From NCBI GenBank assembly GCA_902793695.1, contig CADBEI010000014.1:1-63305 (forward strand): a DNA stretch of 63,305 nt, in the 5' to 3' direction. The translations under genes and the position numbers were made by a program. The stretch is from an uncultured Pseudomonadota bacterium (GTDB taxonomy: Bacteria; Pseudomonadota; Alphaproteobacteria; RF32; CAG-239). Below, in pieces: positions 26,347 to 35,847 of this stretch. Below the pieces are notes generated by a model, which searched no databases, was not told the origin of the DNA, and saw only the letters and a list, made by a program, of their open reading frames with translations. Each line of letters starts with the position of its first letter. Position 1 is the first letter of the stretch.

Positions 26347-28917
26347 ATGGCCGAAAATCAGATGGAAAAAGATGACGTTATCGTTGCTCAGTCTTACCTT
26401 GAAAACAAAGGACTTGACCGGCTTCCGCAGGAATATACGGAAGAAGAGTTGCGCAAAAAATTTGTCGCCACACAATCTTCTTTGCAAGAAGAATTGAATG
26501 AATTTGATGAATATCGTCATGAGTTGGATACAATCAGCGAACAACAACAAAACGGCGATGACAACGGTTATAGCGAAGATGAACTGAAACGTGAATATAT
26601 CTATCTCAATCGCTCACGTCAACCGATACAGAAAGAATATGATTCGGTTAAACAATATGCAGGTTATCTGCGTGAATACGGCGATGAATTTGCTCAACTT
26701 TATCGCATTAAAGATAATAACGAAAAATACGGTAATCCCGAAGAAATACAATTTGTTGAGGTGGATATAACCGACAACGGCGATATTTTAACACAAGACC
26801 AATATTTCAAAATGCGCGCCGACAGAAACGAGAGGGTTAAGCAGTTGGCTCTGCATATCAGCGATAAAGAAGCCGATGTGGAATATAATATCGGGATGAT
26901 GGAATATAATCAGCCGAATACGCCGCCGCAAATTAAAATGCAGCTTTCGTTAGATGAAGAAACACAGGATAATCTCGACGACGAAAAGCTTAATGCAATT
27001 TTTGCGTTTTGCGAACAGCACGGATTGTCTGTTATGGATATGGAAATCCGCAATTTTGACGGCACATTGGCCGAAGCTGCCATCAGAGAAAAAATAAGTC
27101 AGGTGTTAGAGGCTCGTCAGGCCGAAAAAGCCGCACAGATTGCCGAAGAAAACGCCAAAGAATATGCAATGCAACAACAGCGCAAAAAAGAGTTGAACGC
27201 CGAGTTGCAGAATATCAGCCTGACTACCGACGGTAAATTGCCGGAAGGTGTGTCCGAAGATGATTTGTCGTACGATTTACCGGAAAAAGAACAAGTTTCG
27301 GCAGCTGTTTCGGAAACATTATCTCAAGATTATGATTCCGAAACGGCCGTGGCGGAACAAACTCCGGAAAATATCGGCAAAATACAGCGACTGGCGCGAG
27401 GTGTTGCCACCGCCGCCGTACCGGATAGTGATGTTCCGGATAATTTAGATGCCCATGCGGCAGAAGAAATCGACAACATCAATGCTCCGGAAAATACCGG
27501 TACCATTAATGCAGCAAGGTCGGTATCGGTGCCGACGCAAAATTCGGCCAATGCGGCTCCGAAAAAAATCAGCAAAAAGAAAGCGGTTGAGGCTTTTGAA
27601 AAACTTATCGGTGAAAAAGGTTGGCATAAGCAAAAGAATTTGTCGTATTGGAAAACAAGCACCGGAGTCTTCGGAAGCGGTTGGACCGAGTTCATTATTT
27701 ATGATAGCGAAGATAAGGATAATCGCAAAAAAGACGGCTTAAAAACCAAAGACGGCGGTGTAAAATATACATATTCAATGAAGCTGTTTATTGATGTTGA
27801 CAACAAAGGAGTTTTGCATTTTGCTTATCGTGTTCCTAACCACAAAAAAGTTGATGAAAGTATGTTGGGAGATGTTGTCGGCCAACTTAAAGATTTGGGA
27901 TATACGGCAATTACATTTCCGGCAGGTATGCCGAAGAATGATGAAAAAGGAATGTGGCGTAAAGCTATGGCTGAAAAGGGTATAGTTCCTATCGGAATGG
28001 GGCTCGATTCGAGCAAGGTGAAAGGTATGTTGAAAGCGGCTCAAGAAAAATTAACGGCTGAAGAACTTGCCGATTACAAATATCGCTTGGCTAAACAAAT
28101 GAATAAGCATAATCGGGCTAACGGTAAACGTGTCAGCGAGAGCGAACAGGCGTTTATCGACGGTATGATCAACTCGTATCGCTATTCGGCGTTTACCGAT
28201 GCGTATGCCAATGTGTTTAAGAGTAAAATCAAAGGAATCTTACGTGAAAACGATACCGAAATAGGTGCGGTTAAAAAGATTGCCGCTTATAAAGCCTTGC
28301 GGAAAACGTTTGAAGTCTATAAGTCGGCTCTCGAACACGGCGGAAATATTATGAACGCGGCCGGTATAAACGGTTTGTTGCCTGATGAAAAGGCTCAGTT
28401 ACAAGCCTTGGGTGCCCCGATACAAAAATTCAACAATCAGCAGATGGAAAGAGTGTTCGATATTTTGTATCAGCACGATTTAAGAACAAAACAAACCGAA
28501 TTTTATTTGCGTGACCAGTTGATTGAAAGAGCATACGGCGAAGCCTCGGTTTATGGTCCGCGTGTTGCGCCTCATATTGCGCTTAATAAAGTCAGAGATG
28601 AGGAAATCGGCAACTGCGACAGTATTAATGACGACTTGACCGCTTTGGGTATTGATGAAATAAAAATCATTAAAGTACCTAATGTTCGTCTTGATTTTAA
28701 GAAGTTTGACCATGAATATTTGCCGGAATATCGCCGTACTCATCCGAGGAATAATTCGGCAACACAGGCGTCTGAAGAAAATTCTGCCGGAGAAAATCGT
28801 TCACAGATAAGGAATGCGACAATCGCACCGGAAAAATCCGTAGCTGTAAAATCAGATAAACCGGATAATACGGTTGTTCAAAATTTAACCAAAAACAAAT
28901 CAAATATTTACAACTGA
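26347..28917 (+). CDS. large hypothetical protein (856 aa; acidic N-terminal third, Ala/Pro-rich linker, basic C-terminal part)
   Basis: Uninterrupted ORF with RBS aggggg. I recognise no catalytic motif. Confidence 0.65.
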   Translation: MAENQMEKDDVIVAQSYLENKGLDRLPQEYTEEELRKKFVATQSSLQEELNEFDEYRHELDTISEQQQNGDDNGYSEDELKREYIYLNRSRQPIQKEYDSVKQYAGYLREYGDEFAQLYRIKDNNEKYGNPEEIQFVEVDITDNGDILTQDQYFKMRADRNERVKQLALHISDKEADVEYNIGMMEYNQPNTPPQIKMQLSLDEETQDNLDDEKLNAIFAFCEQHGLSVMDMEIRNFDGTLAEAAIREKISQVLEARQAEKAAQIAEENAKEYAMQQQRKKELNAELQNISLTTDGKLPEGVSEDDLSYDLPEKEQVSAAVSETLSQDYDSETAVAEQTPENIGKIQRLARGVATAAVPDSDVPDNLDAHAAEEIDNINAPENTGTINAARSVSVPTQNSANAAPKKISKKKAVEAFEKLIGEKGWHKQKNLSYWKTSTGVFGSGWTEFIIYDSEDKDNRKKDGLKTKDGGVKYTYSMKLFIDVDNKGVLHFAYRVPNHKKVDESMLGDVVGQLKDLGYTAITFPAGMPKNDEKGMWRKAMAEKGIVPIGMGLDSSKVKGMLKAAQEKLTAEELADYKYRLAKQMNKHNRANGKRVSESEQAFIDGMINSYRYSAFTDAYANVFKSKIKGILRENDTEIGAVKKIAAYKALRKTFEVYKSALEHGGNIMNAAGINGLLPDEKAQLQALGAPIQKFNNQQMERVFDILYQHDLRTKQTEFYLRDQLIERAYGEASVYGPRVAPHIALNKVRDEEIGNCDSINDDLTALGIDEIKIIKVPNVRLDFKKFDHEYLPEYRRTHPRNNSATQASEENSAGENRSQIRNATIAPEKSVAVKSDKPDNTVVQNLTKNKSNIYN

Positions 28918-29064
28918 CAACGGGAAATGGAGTAAAAATATTAAACCGCAAACACTTAACGAAGCAATTAAACATACTAGTGAAAAAACGACGGCAGAAA
29001 TTGCTAAAAAAGCCATTGCTTTTGAAAATGAAGTCAGAGATTAATCCTATAATTGCTTCAACAT

Positions 29065-29097
29065 AAAAAACGCCGATGATTAGTCGGTGTTTTTTTA
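29065..29097. terminator. bidirectional intrinsic terminator
   Basis: Stem aacgccga/tcggtgtt flanked by an A-run and a T-run, between convergent genes. Confidence 0.7.
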
Positions 29098-29114
29098 TAT
29101 CATTTTACCTGAAA

Positions 29115-31787
29115 TCAATCTAATAAGAGTTCCATATTTTCTACTTCAACTTCGCTGTTTAGTACTATTCCCTGCGGATATTTTTCGGTATACAGAATGT
29201 AGAAAGGCAAATCATATTGTTCTTTATCGTACATATATTGTGCTACATAAGGCGTTTGCGATATCCGAACAATCTCTATATCATAACGATCTTGCCATTG
29301 TTTCAGTATTAGCGGATTAAGTGTCCAGCGACTGTTGATTTGGCATTTGAAACACCAATCGGCACCGACAATAACCAAAAGGGGCTTTCTGATGCCGACA
29401 GAAACTTTTTGCTCAACTTCTTGCGGCGAAGTCAGATTTATCACTTTTCCGGCGCGTATATGTTCGGCCGCATAAACACAGCCGCAGAAAAACAGCATAA
29501 ACATCATCCCCATAAATACCGCACTGCCGCGGCGGATATTTTGAATTTGTCTGACAGTTATGTTTTCATCAAGTGCACCGCCGAGATAGTCCAAAAATTT
29601 TTGATACAATTCGCAAACAAACATCCAAATTATGATTATTAAAAACAGTAACAAGGCATACGGCAAACCATATAAAAAGATGCCAAACAACCAAATATAC
29701 AACAATGACGCCCAACCGGCAAAGCGTATCAGTTTGATAATATCTTGCTGGCAACCAAACAAATAGCGTTGTATTCGCAGTTTAGTCAGCAGATAATACG
29801 CCGACAGCGGTATTGTCGCAAGTCCGGTTACCATCGGTATCAATATCGTAAAATTCTGCAATATCGAAAGCGATAAGGCTATATTCATAAGTTGTGATAA
29901 ATACGGGGAAATACCGAATATAAACATAACTCCGCCGATTATTGCGCTTCCGAAAAATATTGAGCGCCGGTTGGCGGCGGCCATATCAGTAATATAAGTC
30001 AATATATTCGGCAAAATCTTCAATAAAGCACCGAAACCGAGAAGCAGAAAAATCAGCGCGGCGGTACAATCATATTGGATTCCCCAAATGACGTTACTAC
30101 GCGTATATTTTTGACCGATGAAGAGCAATGCGGCAACTGACATACCTACGGTACATCCCTTTATCCAGTCTGTCACGGTTTTACTCATCATTTTCGGTTT
30201 TTTGCGGGAAAGGCGAATGAGTACCAATATGATAATCAGCATAAAAGGAGCCAGACACGGCAAAAAATTCAACATTATACCGCTTATAAAGGCAAGTAAC
30301 ACGGTTTTGGCAGTTGTCGGAATGTTGGCCTTTTGCAATGATAAGATTGTATTCGGCACCAAATTATCTCGATAGAATATACGGTTGTTCAGGTTGAGGG
30401 ATATGGTATATTCCGTGTTGCTCAAATTTTTATTTATATCATCTTGCAACGGTTTGAAATAAATTTTCACGGCGTCATCACCCACTATATAATCTGGAGC
30501 CGTAAACTGGGTAAATCCTTTTGTATCTTCAATATAAGCCTCAATGTCTTTGATTTTTTTAGAGGTGGCTACTTCCAAGAAAAGTTGCTGACCGACAGGG
30601 GTTTCAATAACATTAAACTGCTGTAAAGATAAATATTTTTGCATGGCAGACGGAACTCGTCGCAAACTGTTGAAAAACAAATTATCGAATCCGTTATCAA
30701 ACTTATCAGGACCGGTAACTGCCGAATACAGATGCAAATCAAATTCTTGCGGTCGGCAGTTGAGTTCATAATCGCACAACGTCAAATTTACACGAGTCTG
30801 CAACGTAATGCCTTCATCTCGTTTTTGCGGCGTTATCTTCAGCGGAATGATAAAATTACCGAAATATTTATGTGCTTGCGGCAAAATGTCGGTTTTTTGC
30901 GGCATCGGATATAATATTTCGGCTGCGGCTACATTTTTTGAACCGGTAAAATCCATTTGCGGCTTTAATAAATCTTTATTTAAATTGTTGGCTAAAACAA
31001 AGCGTCGCGGATGAGTTACTATTTGTACACCGTAATCCAGAGTTTCTTTACCTTCGGTGTAGGTATGTCGTGCCAATAGACGCACGTTTACACCGTCACC
31101 GCGCTGCGCTTCACCGATACCCAGTTCGGAAAACAGCGGATTTTTGTATACCGTACCGTAAAGCCAGACTTTTTTCCAATCTACTTTTTCCGCAATTCGG
31201 TCAATCTGCGTTAAAATATCATTATTGTTTTCGCTGTTGCGCTTAAAATCGGAAATTGCATTCAACTCGTCGGAATTATTGCTGTAAGTCAGAAACTTTT
31301 TGAAATTATATACCTTTACATATTCATCGTCGGCCGTCGGAATATATGATATTTCATTAGGGTGGTCAAACTCCGATTCATCATGTACCTTGCGATAAAC
31401 GTGCGGAACCAAATATTTATTGGCCATTTCTATATATAAATCACGCCCCATCTGATACAAAGAGGCAGTATTTATCAGATATTTGTGCTTTTTCTTCAAT
31501 AATTCTTCGCTGTCGTAAGGAAAAAATACGCGGACTTTTTCAATAAAATCATCTTGAATTATTTCTTCCCACGGATATTTCTGATACAAATACGAACCGA
31601 TTTCATAATAAATATTCAGATTTTGTAAAAAAGTCGTTTCGTAGGTATCGTCTTCAATATAATTGGCAATATATTCCCGTGTCTGCTCCCCCGCAAAATC
31701 ATCGGGAAGTTGCGGCGCTTCCAAAGCGTCGGCCGTGCGGTTGAAAAGTGCCAAAAAGCAAACTATATAAAAAAACAGGTGTTTCAT
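29115..31787 (-). CDS. enlarged DsbD/ScsB-like protein with a degenerate membrane redox centre
   Basis: C-terminal thioredoxin 'ADWCFKCQ'. First membrane Cys 'FLPCLAPF'. The second motif reads 'ISPYLSQ', with Tyr in place of the Cys in 'SPC'. N-domain 'LCDYELNCRP'. Long N-terminal extension. Confidence 0.7.
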   Translation of the reverse strand: MKHLFFYIVCFLALFNRTADALEAPQLPDDFAGEQTREYIANYIEDDTYETTFLQNLNIYYEIGSYLYQKYPWEEIIQDDFIEKVRVFFPYDSEELLKKKHKYLINTASLYQMGRDLYIEMANKYLVPHVYRKVHDESEFDHPNEISYIPTADDEYVKVYNFKKFLTYSNNSDELNAISDFKRNSENNNDILTQIDRIAEKVDWKKVWLYGTVYKNPLFSELGIGEAQRGDGVNVRLLARHTYTEGKETLDYGVQIVTHPRRFVLANNLNKDLLKPQMDFTGSKNVAAAEILYPMPQKTDILPQAHKYFGNFIIPLKITPQKRDEGITLQTRVNLTLCDYELNCRPQEFDLHLYSAVTGPDKFDNGFDNLFFNSLRRVPSAMQKYLSLQQFNVIETPVGQQLFLEVATSKKIKDIEAYIEDTKGFTQFTAPDYIVGDDAVKIYFKPLQDDINKNLSNTEYTISLNLNNRIFYRDNLVPNTILSLQKANIPTTAKTVLLAFISGIMLNFLPCLAPFMLIIILVLIRLSRKKPKMMSKTVTDWIKGCTVGMSVAALLFIGQKYTRSNVIWGIQYDCTAALIFLLLGFGALLKILPNILTYITDMAAANRRSIFFGSAIIGGVMFIFGISPYLSQLMNIALSLSILQNFTILIPMVTGLATIPLSAYYLLTKLRIQRYLFGCQQDIIKLIRFAGWASLLYIWLFGIFLYGLPYALLLFLIIIIWMFVCELYQKFLDYLGGALDENITVRQIQNIRRGSAVFMGMMFMLFFCGCVYAAEHIRAGKVINLTSPQEVEQKVSVGIRKPLLVIVGADWCFKCQINSRWTLNPLILKQWQDRYDIEIVRISQTPYVAQYMYDKEQYDLPFYILYTEKYPQGIVLNSEVEVENMELLLD

Positions 31788-31869
31788 TGTTTATTTTAAA
31801 CTTTTAATTCATAATAAAATATGATATACTCAAAAGGTAAAGAAAAGATTATTTAATTTGTGTGCAAAT

Positions 31870-32445
31870 ATGGAAAACTTTGATGAAAAATATGCCTTAA
31901 ACGGCAAATTATTGGTGGCAACTCCGGCGCTTGCGGATGATGAGATATTTAAGCGCTCGGTGGTGTATGTTTGTTCGCACACAAAACGCGGTGCCATGGG
32001 AATCATCATTAACAAACCGCTGGATAAATACACTTTTTCTGATTTAACCATGCAGTTGCCGTTGCAAAGTTATGAAAAACTCAATGAAATCAATTTATAT
32101 ACCGGCGGTCCGCTCGAACAGGTCAGGGGAATGGTGCTTCACTCCACCGATTATTTCAAAGACGGCACGATTATTGTCGGCAACGGTATAGCTATTTCTT
32201 CCACCACCGAAATCATCGCCGATATTGCTTTTGACCACGGACCGGATGAAAAACTGGTGGCGCTCGGCTATTCGTTTTGGCAGCCGAAACAATTGGAAAC
32301 TGAAATCTACAATAATGATTGGATTGTGGTAAATGCCAATAAAGAATTAATGTTTCGTACCAACGATTCCGATAAATGGCAACGCTCGTTGGATGAACTC
32401 GGCTTAAATTTAGAGCGCTTTGTCGGTATTACCGGTAACGCCTAA
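31870..32445 (+). CDS. yqgE: YqgE/AlgH family protein
   Basis: 'GKLLVATPALADDEIFKRSVVYVCSHTKRGAMGIIINKP' UPF0301 signature. Confidence 0.88.
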   Translation: MENFDEKYALNGKLLVATPALADDEIFKRSVVYVCSHTKRGAMGIIINKPLDKYTFSDLTMQLPLQSYEKLNEINLYTGGPLEQVRGMVLHSTDYFKDGTIIVGNGIAISSTTEIIADIAFDHGPDEKLVALGYSFWQPKQLETEIYNNDWIVVNANKELMFRTNDSDKWQRSLDELGLNLERFVGITGNA

Positions 32446-32454
32446 ATCGCATAT

Positions 32455-33549
32455 TCAGATACATAATTCGCCGATGATTTGATTTAATACCGGAAATCCC
32501 TGTTTGCTGGCGCGTAAATGGGTATCGCTTTCTTCCAGTAGCCCAATTTCTTTGAGCATTTGCAGTTTGTTGTGATTGACGCAATCATAAATATCGAGGC
32601 CGCAGATTTGTTTAAATAATTGCTTGTTTATACCTTTTACTAACCGTAAACCCATCAGAATCAGTTCTTCTGCACGCTCGGCGGCACTTAATTGTTCCTC
32701 CGTAAACGGATATTCGGCGGCAATGAATTTACCTTTGCATGAATATCTTCCGTGTGCCGATTTGCCGATGCCGATATAGTCACCGCCCTGCCAATATGTA
32801 AGATTGTGCGCCGATTCGTATCCGTTGGCGGCAAAATTTGATACTTCATATTGCGGGTAACCGTGATCTGCCAAAAAATCACGGGTAAAATCGTACATTT
32901 CAACAGCGGCATCATCTTCAAGCGGCCGAATATTTTTGCGGGCAAACACGGTATTTTCTTCAATTGTCAACTGATATAAAGACAGATGTTTCAACCCGTA
33001 AGAAGTAATTTCTTCAAGTTCTTGTTGCCAAGAGCGGAGTGATTGTTGCGGACGGGCATAAATCAAATCGGCGGAATGATTATCAAAGATTTTAACAATT
33101 TCCTCAAGACATTGCCGTGCCGTAGCCAAATTATGTGTACGCCCCAAAAAACGCAAATCTTCATCATTCAATGCCTGTACACCGAGCGAAAGCCGATTGA
33201 TGCCGGCACTTTTGAAATCGGTAAACAATGTTTCCGAGCGGGTATTGGGATTAGCTTCCAAACTGATTTCGATATTTTCTTTCAGCGGCCATAATTTGCT
33301 GATTTCCCCAATTATTTCTGCAATATTATGCGGCTCTATCAATGACGGAGTACCTCCGCCGAAAAAAATAGACTTTACGGTGCGCTCCGGCAATATTTCG
33401 TGATATTTTCGCAAGGCGGAGATATACTCGGCAACAATTTTATCCTGCTTAACATTGTGCGCCAATTCTTTATAAAAGTCGCAATACGGACACTTGCTTT
33501 TGCAATACGGCCAATGAATATATACGGCAAGTTCTTCGGAAAAACTCAT
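32455..33549 (-). CDS. hemW: radical SAM heme chaperone HemW
   Basis: 'YIHWPYCKSKCPYCDF' CxxxCxxC, 'IFFGGGTPS', HemN C-terminal domain. Confidence 0.9.
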   Translation of the reverse strand: MSFSEELAVYIHWPYCKSKCPYCDFYKELAHNVKQDKIVAEYISALRKYHEILPERTVKSIFFGGGTPSLIEPHNIAEIIGEISKLWPLKENIEISLEANPNTRSETLFTDFKSAGINRLSLGVQALNDEDLRFLGRTHNLATARQCLEEIVKIFDNHSADLIYARPQQSLRSWQQELEEITSYGLKHLSLYQLTIEENTVFARKNIRPLEDDAAVEMYDFTRDFLADHGYPQYEVSNFAANGYESAHNLTYWQGGDYIGIGKSAHGRYSCKGKFIAAEYPFTEEQLSAAERAEELILMGLRLVKGINKQLFKQICGLDIYDCVNHNKLQMLKEIGLLEESDTHLRASKQGFPVLNQIIGELCI

Positions 33550-33695
33550 TTTTTACCCTCGATTGTTATGGCTGTTTCAGCATAGCCGATTTTTACGACA
33601 GGTCAATCATAATGTGCATTTTTTTATAAAAAGTACTTGAAAATATATAAAAAATGGATAACATAGCAACGAAAATCAAATATAAGGAGATTATA

Positions 33696-34172
33696 ATGTC
33701 TAACGAAAACAGAATGAATTACGGTTTAATCTTTTTGGTAGCTATTATCGCTGCTGTTTTGGGTTCATTGGTTACATACAAAACCGTATGCGCCAACAAG
33801 GCTGCTTTTGCGGTTGTTGATTTGCAACGCGTTGTATTGTCTTCCAAAGAAATTGCCGCATTGAGCAATAATCGTCAGCAACAGTTGCAAGAATTGCGCA
33901 AAATGGCTGATGAAGCTAATGAAAAAATCAATGCCGAAAAGAAAGAAAATGCCAAAAAAGAATTGTCGCAGAAATTCCTCGGCGAAATCAATGCCAGAAA
34001 AGATGCATTTGATAAAGAACACGCTTCAGGTTTACAAGCTGCGGAACAGAATCTTAACAACATCATCAACGATGTTGCAAAATCCGAAGGCATGACCGTG
34101 GTTCTGACCAAATCTTCCGTTGTTAACGGCGGTAAAGATATTACTGATGCGGTTGTTGAATTGGTTAAATAA
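33696..34172 (+). CDS. OmpH/Skp-like periplasmic chaperone
   Basis: N-terminal TM/signal, 'AVVDLQRVV' start, and a long K/E/Q coiled region. RBS aaggag precedes the ATG at 33696. Confidence 0.55.
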   Translation: MSNENRMNYGLIFLVAIIAAVLGSLVTYKTVCANKAAFAVVDLQRVVLSSKEIAALSNNRQQQLQELRKMADEANEKINAEKKENAKKELSQKFLGEINARKDAFDKEHASGLQAAEQNLNNIINDVAKSEGMTVVLTKSSVVNGGKDITDAVVELVK

Positions 34173-34278
34173 TAAACAATCGTTTTTAACGCATAAAAAC
34201 TCCTCGCATATTATCGAGGAGTTTTTTGTATGCAATCGCCGCCTTGAAAAAACGCTTACACTGACTACAATATAGTGT

Positions 34279-35181
34279 ATGTTATGGGTAATCAACGGTT
34301 TAATATACGGTTTTTTTACGGCAATATATCTGCTGTTTAATCAGCATTTTAAAATCAACGGCTATATTCTGGGAATTTGGCGCGGTTTCGGAATATGCCT
34401 TATTTTTTTGCCATGTCTGCTGTTTTATCCGATTCCTCGCGATGGCGTTTATTGGTTGTTGCTGATAGTGCAGGGAATATGTATCGGAATTTATGATTCG
34501 CATATTTTTTCCGCATCGGCCAAATTCGGCGCCGGTCCGACGTCGCGTTTTATGGCGGTTACTGTTTTGCTGACCACTTTCGGTTGGTGGTTATTAACCC
34601 CGACAAAATTTATATTATTGCTCGGGCAGGGTAATGTATTTGTGACGCTGATACTGATATTATGCGGCTTCAGTTATTGTTATTGGCAAATGTTGAACAG
34701 TCAGGTTTCGCGTGCCGCCGCCTTATACACCCTGCCGGCGGTTGTTGCTTTGGCGGCAATGAGTATTATCACCAAATATATTGCGATACAGGCCCATTCA
34801 CTGGGGCAGGGACTTACCTATTATCTGACGGTTTCCACTTTTGTCAGCGGTTGTTATAATTTGCTTTTATATATACGGCAGAATGCAGGAAACAAACAAA
34901 AATATTTCAAAAAAATCCTATCGGTCAAAACCCGCCGTATCGGTTGTATATTGGTAAGTTTCAGTTCGTTGTTGATTATTGCAAAAACCATGGCACTGCG
35001 AATCGCCCCCAATCCCGGATATGTTACGGCTCTGCTTTTGGTGGCTCCGGTGTTTGTGTATGCCTTAAATCGCAATTATAAAATATCAGATACCGTTTCG
35101 GTTAAGGCCGGTTTTGCCATGATGTTTTTTTTGGCGCTGTTGGTGCTTGTGGTTAACGGCAATTACGGTGTTACGGAATAA
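34279..35181 (+). CDS. polytopic membrane protein (DMT/EamA-like, tentative)
   Basis: About 10 hydrophobic segments. No diagnostic motif seen. Confidence 0.5.
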   Translation: MLWVINGLIYGFFTAIYLLFNQHFKINGYILGIWRGFGICLIFLPCLLFYPIPRDGVYWLLLIVQGICIGIYDSHIFSASAKFGAGPTSRFMAVTVLLTTFGWWLLTPTKFILLLGQGNVFVTLILILCGFSYCYWQMLNSQVSRAAALYTLPAVVALAAMSIITKYIAIQAHSLGQGLTYYLTVSTFVSGCYNLLLYIRQNAGNKQKYFKKILSVKTRRIGCILVSFSSLLIIAKTMALRIAPNPGYVTALLLVAPVFVYALNRNYKISDTVSVKAGFAMMFFLALLVLVVNGNYGVTE

Positions 35182-35281
35182 CTTCGGTTTTAAGCTGTGT
35201 GCAAACTGATTTAATCCTTGTTTTTTTTGTATATTTTCGATAAAATACCGGCAGATAGTTTATTTAATGAAAGGGAATACC

Positions 35282-35794
35282 ATGAATAAAATACTTTCTG
35301 TTTTTGCTCTTGTGTTGTTGCTCGGCGGGTGTTGTTGCAACAGGGGCTCTTTGTTTGAGGGACCGGATTGCAATCGCACATTGGTTCCGGCACCGCAGCC
35401 GTGCATTACACAGCCTGTTCAACCGGTTGTCGTCAGAACATCGCATTTGGCCGGTATTATTTATTTTGCTGATGGTTCCGATTATCTGAATCCTACGGAA
35501 ATTGCCCAGTTGGGACAAATCGCTCAGGTGGCGCGTGCCAATAATGCCACAGTAAAAATCGCCGGTCACGCTTCACACAAAGTAAATACCAATATATTGA
35601 GCCGCAAAGAGGCTATTAATATGGATATTTCCGCCAGAAGAACCCTCAAAGTTGCCAATACTCTGGCCGGAATGGGGGTGAACCCGCAAATGATGTCCGG
35701 TGCGGCGTATTCCGATTACCATCCGGTAGCGATTGAAACCAACGCCAAAGGCGAGGCTTTAAACCGCAGAGTTGAAGTTTATTTGGAATATTAA
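35282..35794 (+). CDS. OmpA-family (Pal-like) lipoprotein
   Basis: Lipobox 'LLLGGC'. OmpA-like 'FADGSDYL...IAGHAS......N..IS.RR......L...GV.......A.......NRRVEVYL'. Confidence 0.8.
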   Translation: MNKILSVFALVLLLGGCCCNRGSLFEGPDCNRTLVPAPQPCITQPVQPVVVRTSHLAGIIYFADGSDYLNPTEIAQLGQIAQVARANNATVKIAGHASHKVNTNILSRKEAINMDISARRTLKVANTLAGMGVNPQMMSGAAYSDYHPVAIETNAKGEALNRRVEVYLEY

Positions 35795-35813
35795 ATGCGG
35801 AAAATCTTTTTAT

Positions 35814-35843
35814 TAAAAGGCATATCGGTGTGATATGCCTTTT
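35814..35843. terminator. bidirectional intrinsic terminator
   Basis: 12-bp stem aaaaggcatatc/gatatgcctttt, loop ggtgt. Confidence 0.75.
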
Positions 35844-35847
35844 TTGC

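Noticed and set aside
28889-29043. 51-codon open frame after the 856-aa gene, encoding '...NGKWSKNIKPQTLNEAIKHTSEKTTAEIAKKAIAFENEVRD'. It could be a frameshifted C-terminal extension or a gene remnant.
   Set aside because: It has no ATG/GTG/TTG start and no RBS, and I recognise no motif. A 51-codon open stretch with nothing else to support it could arise by chance.
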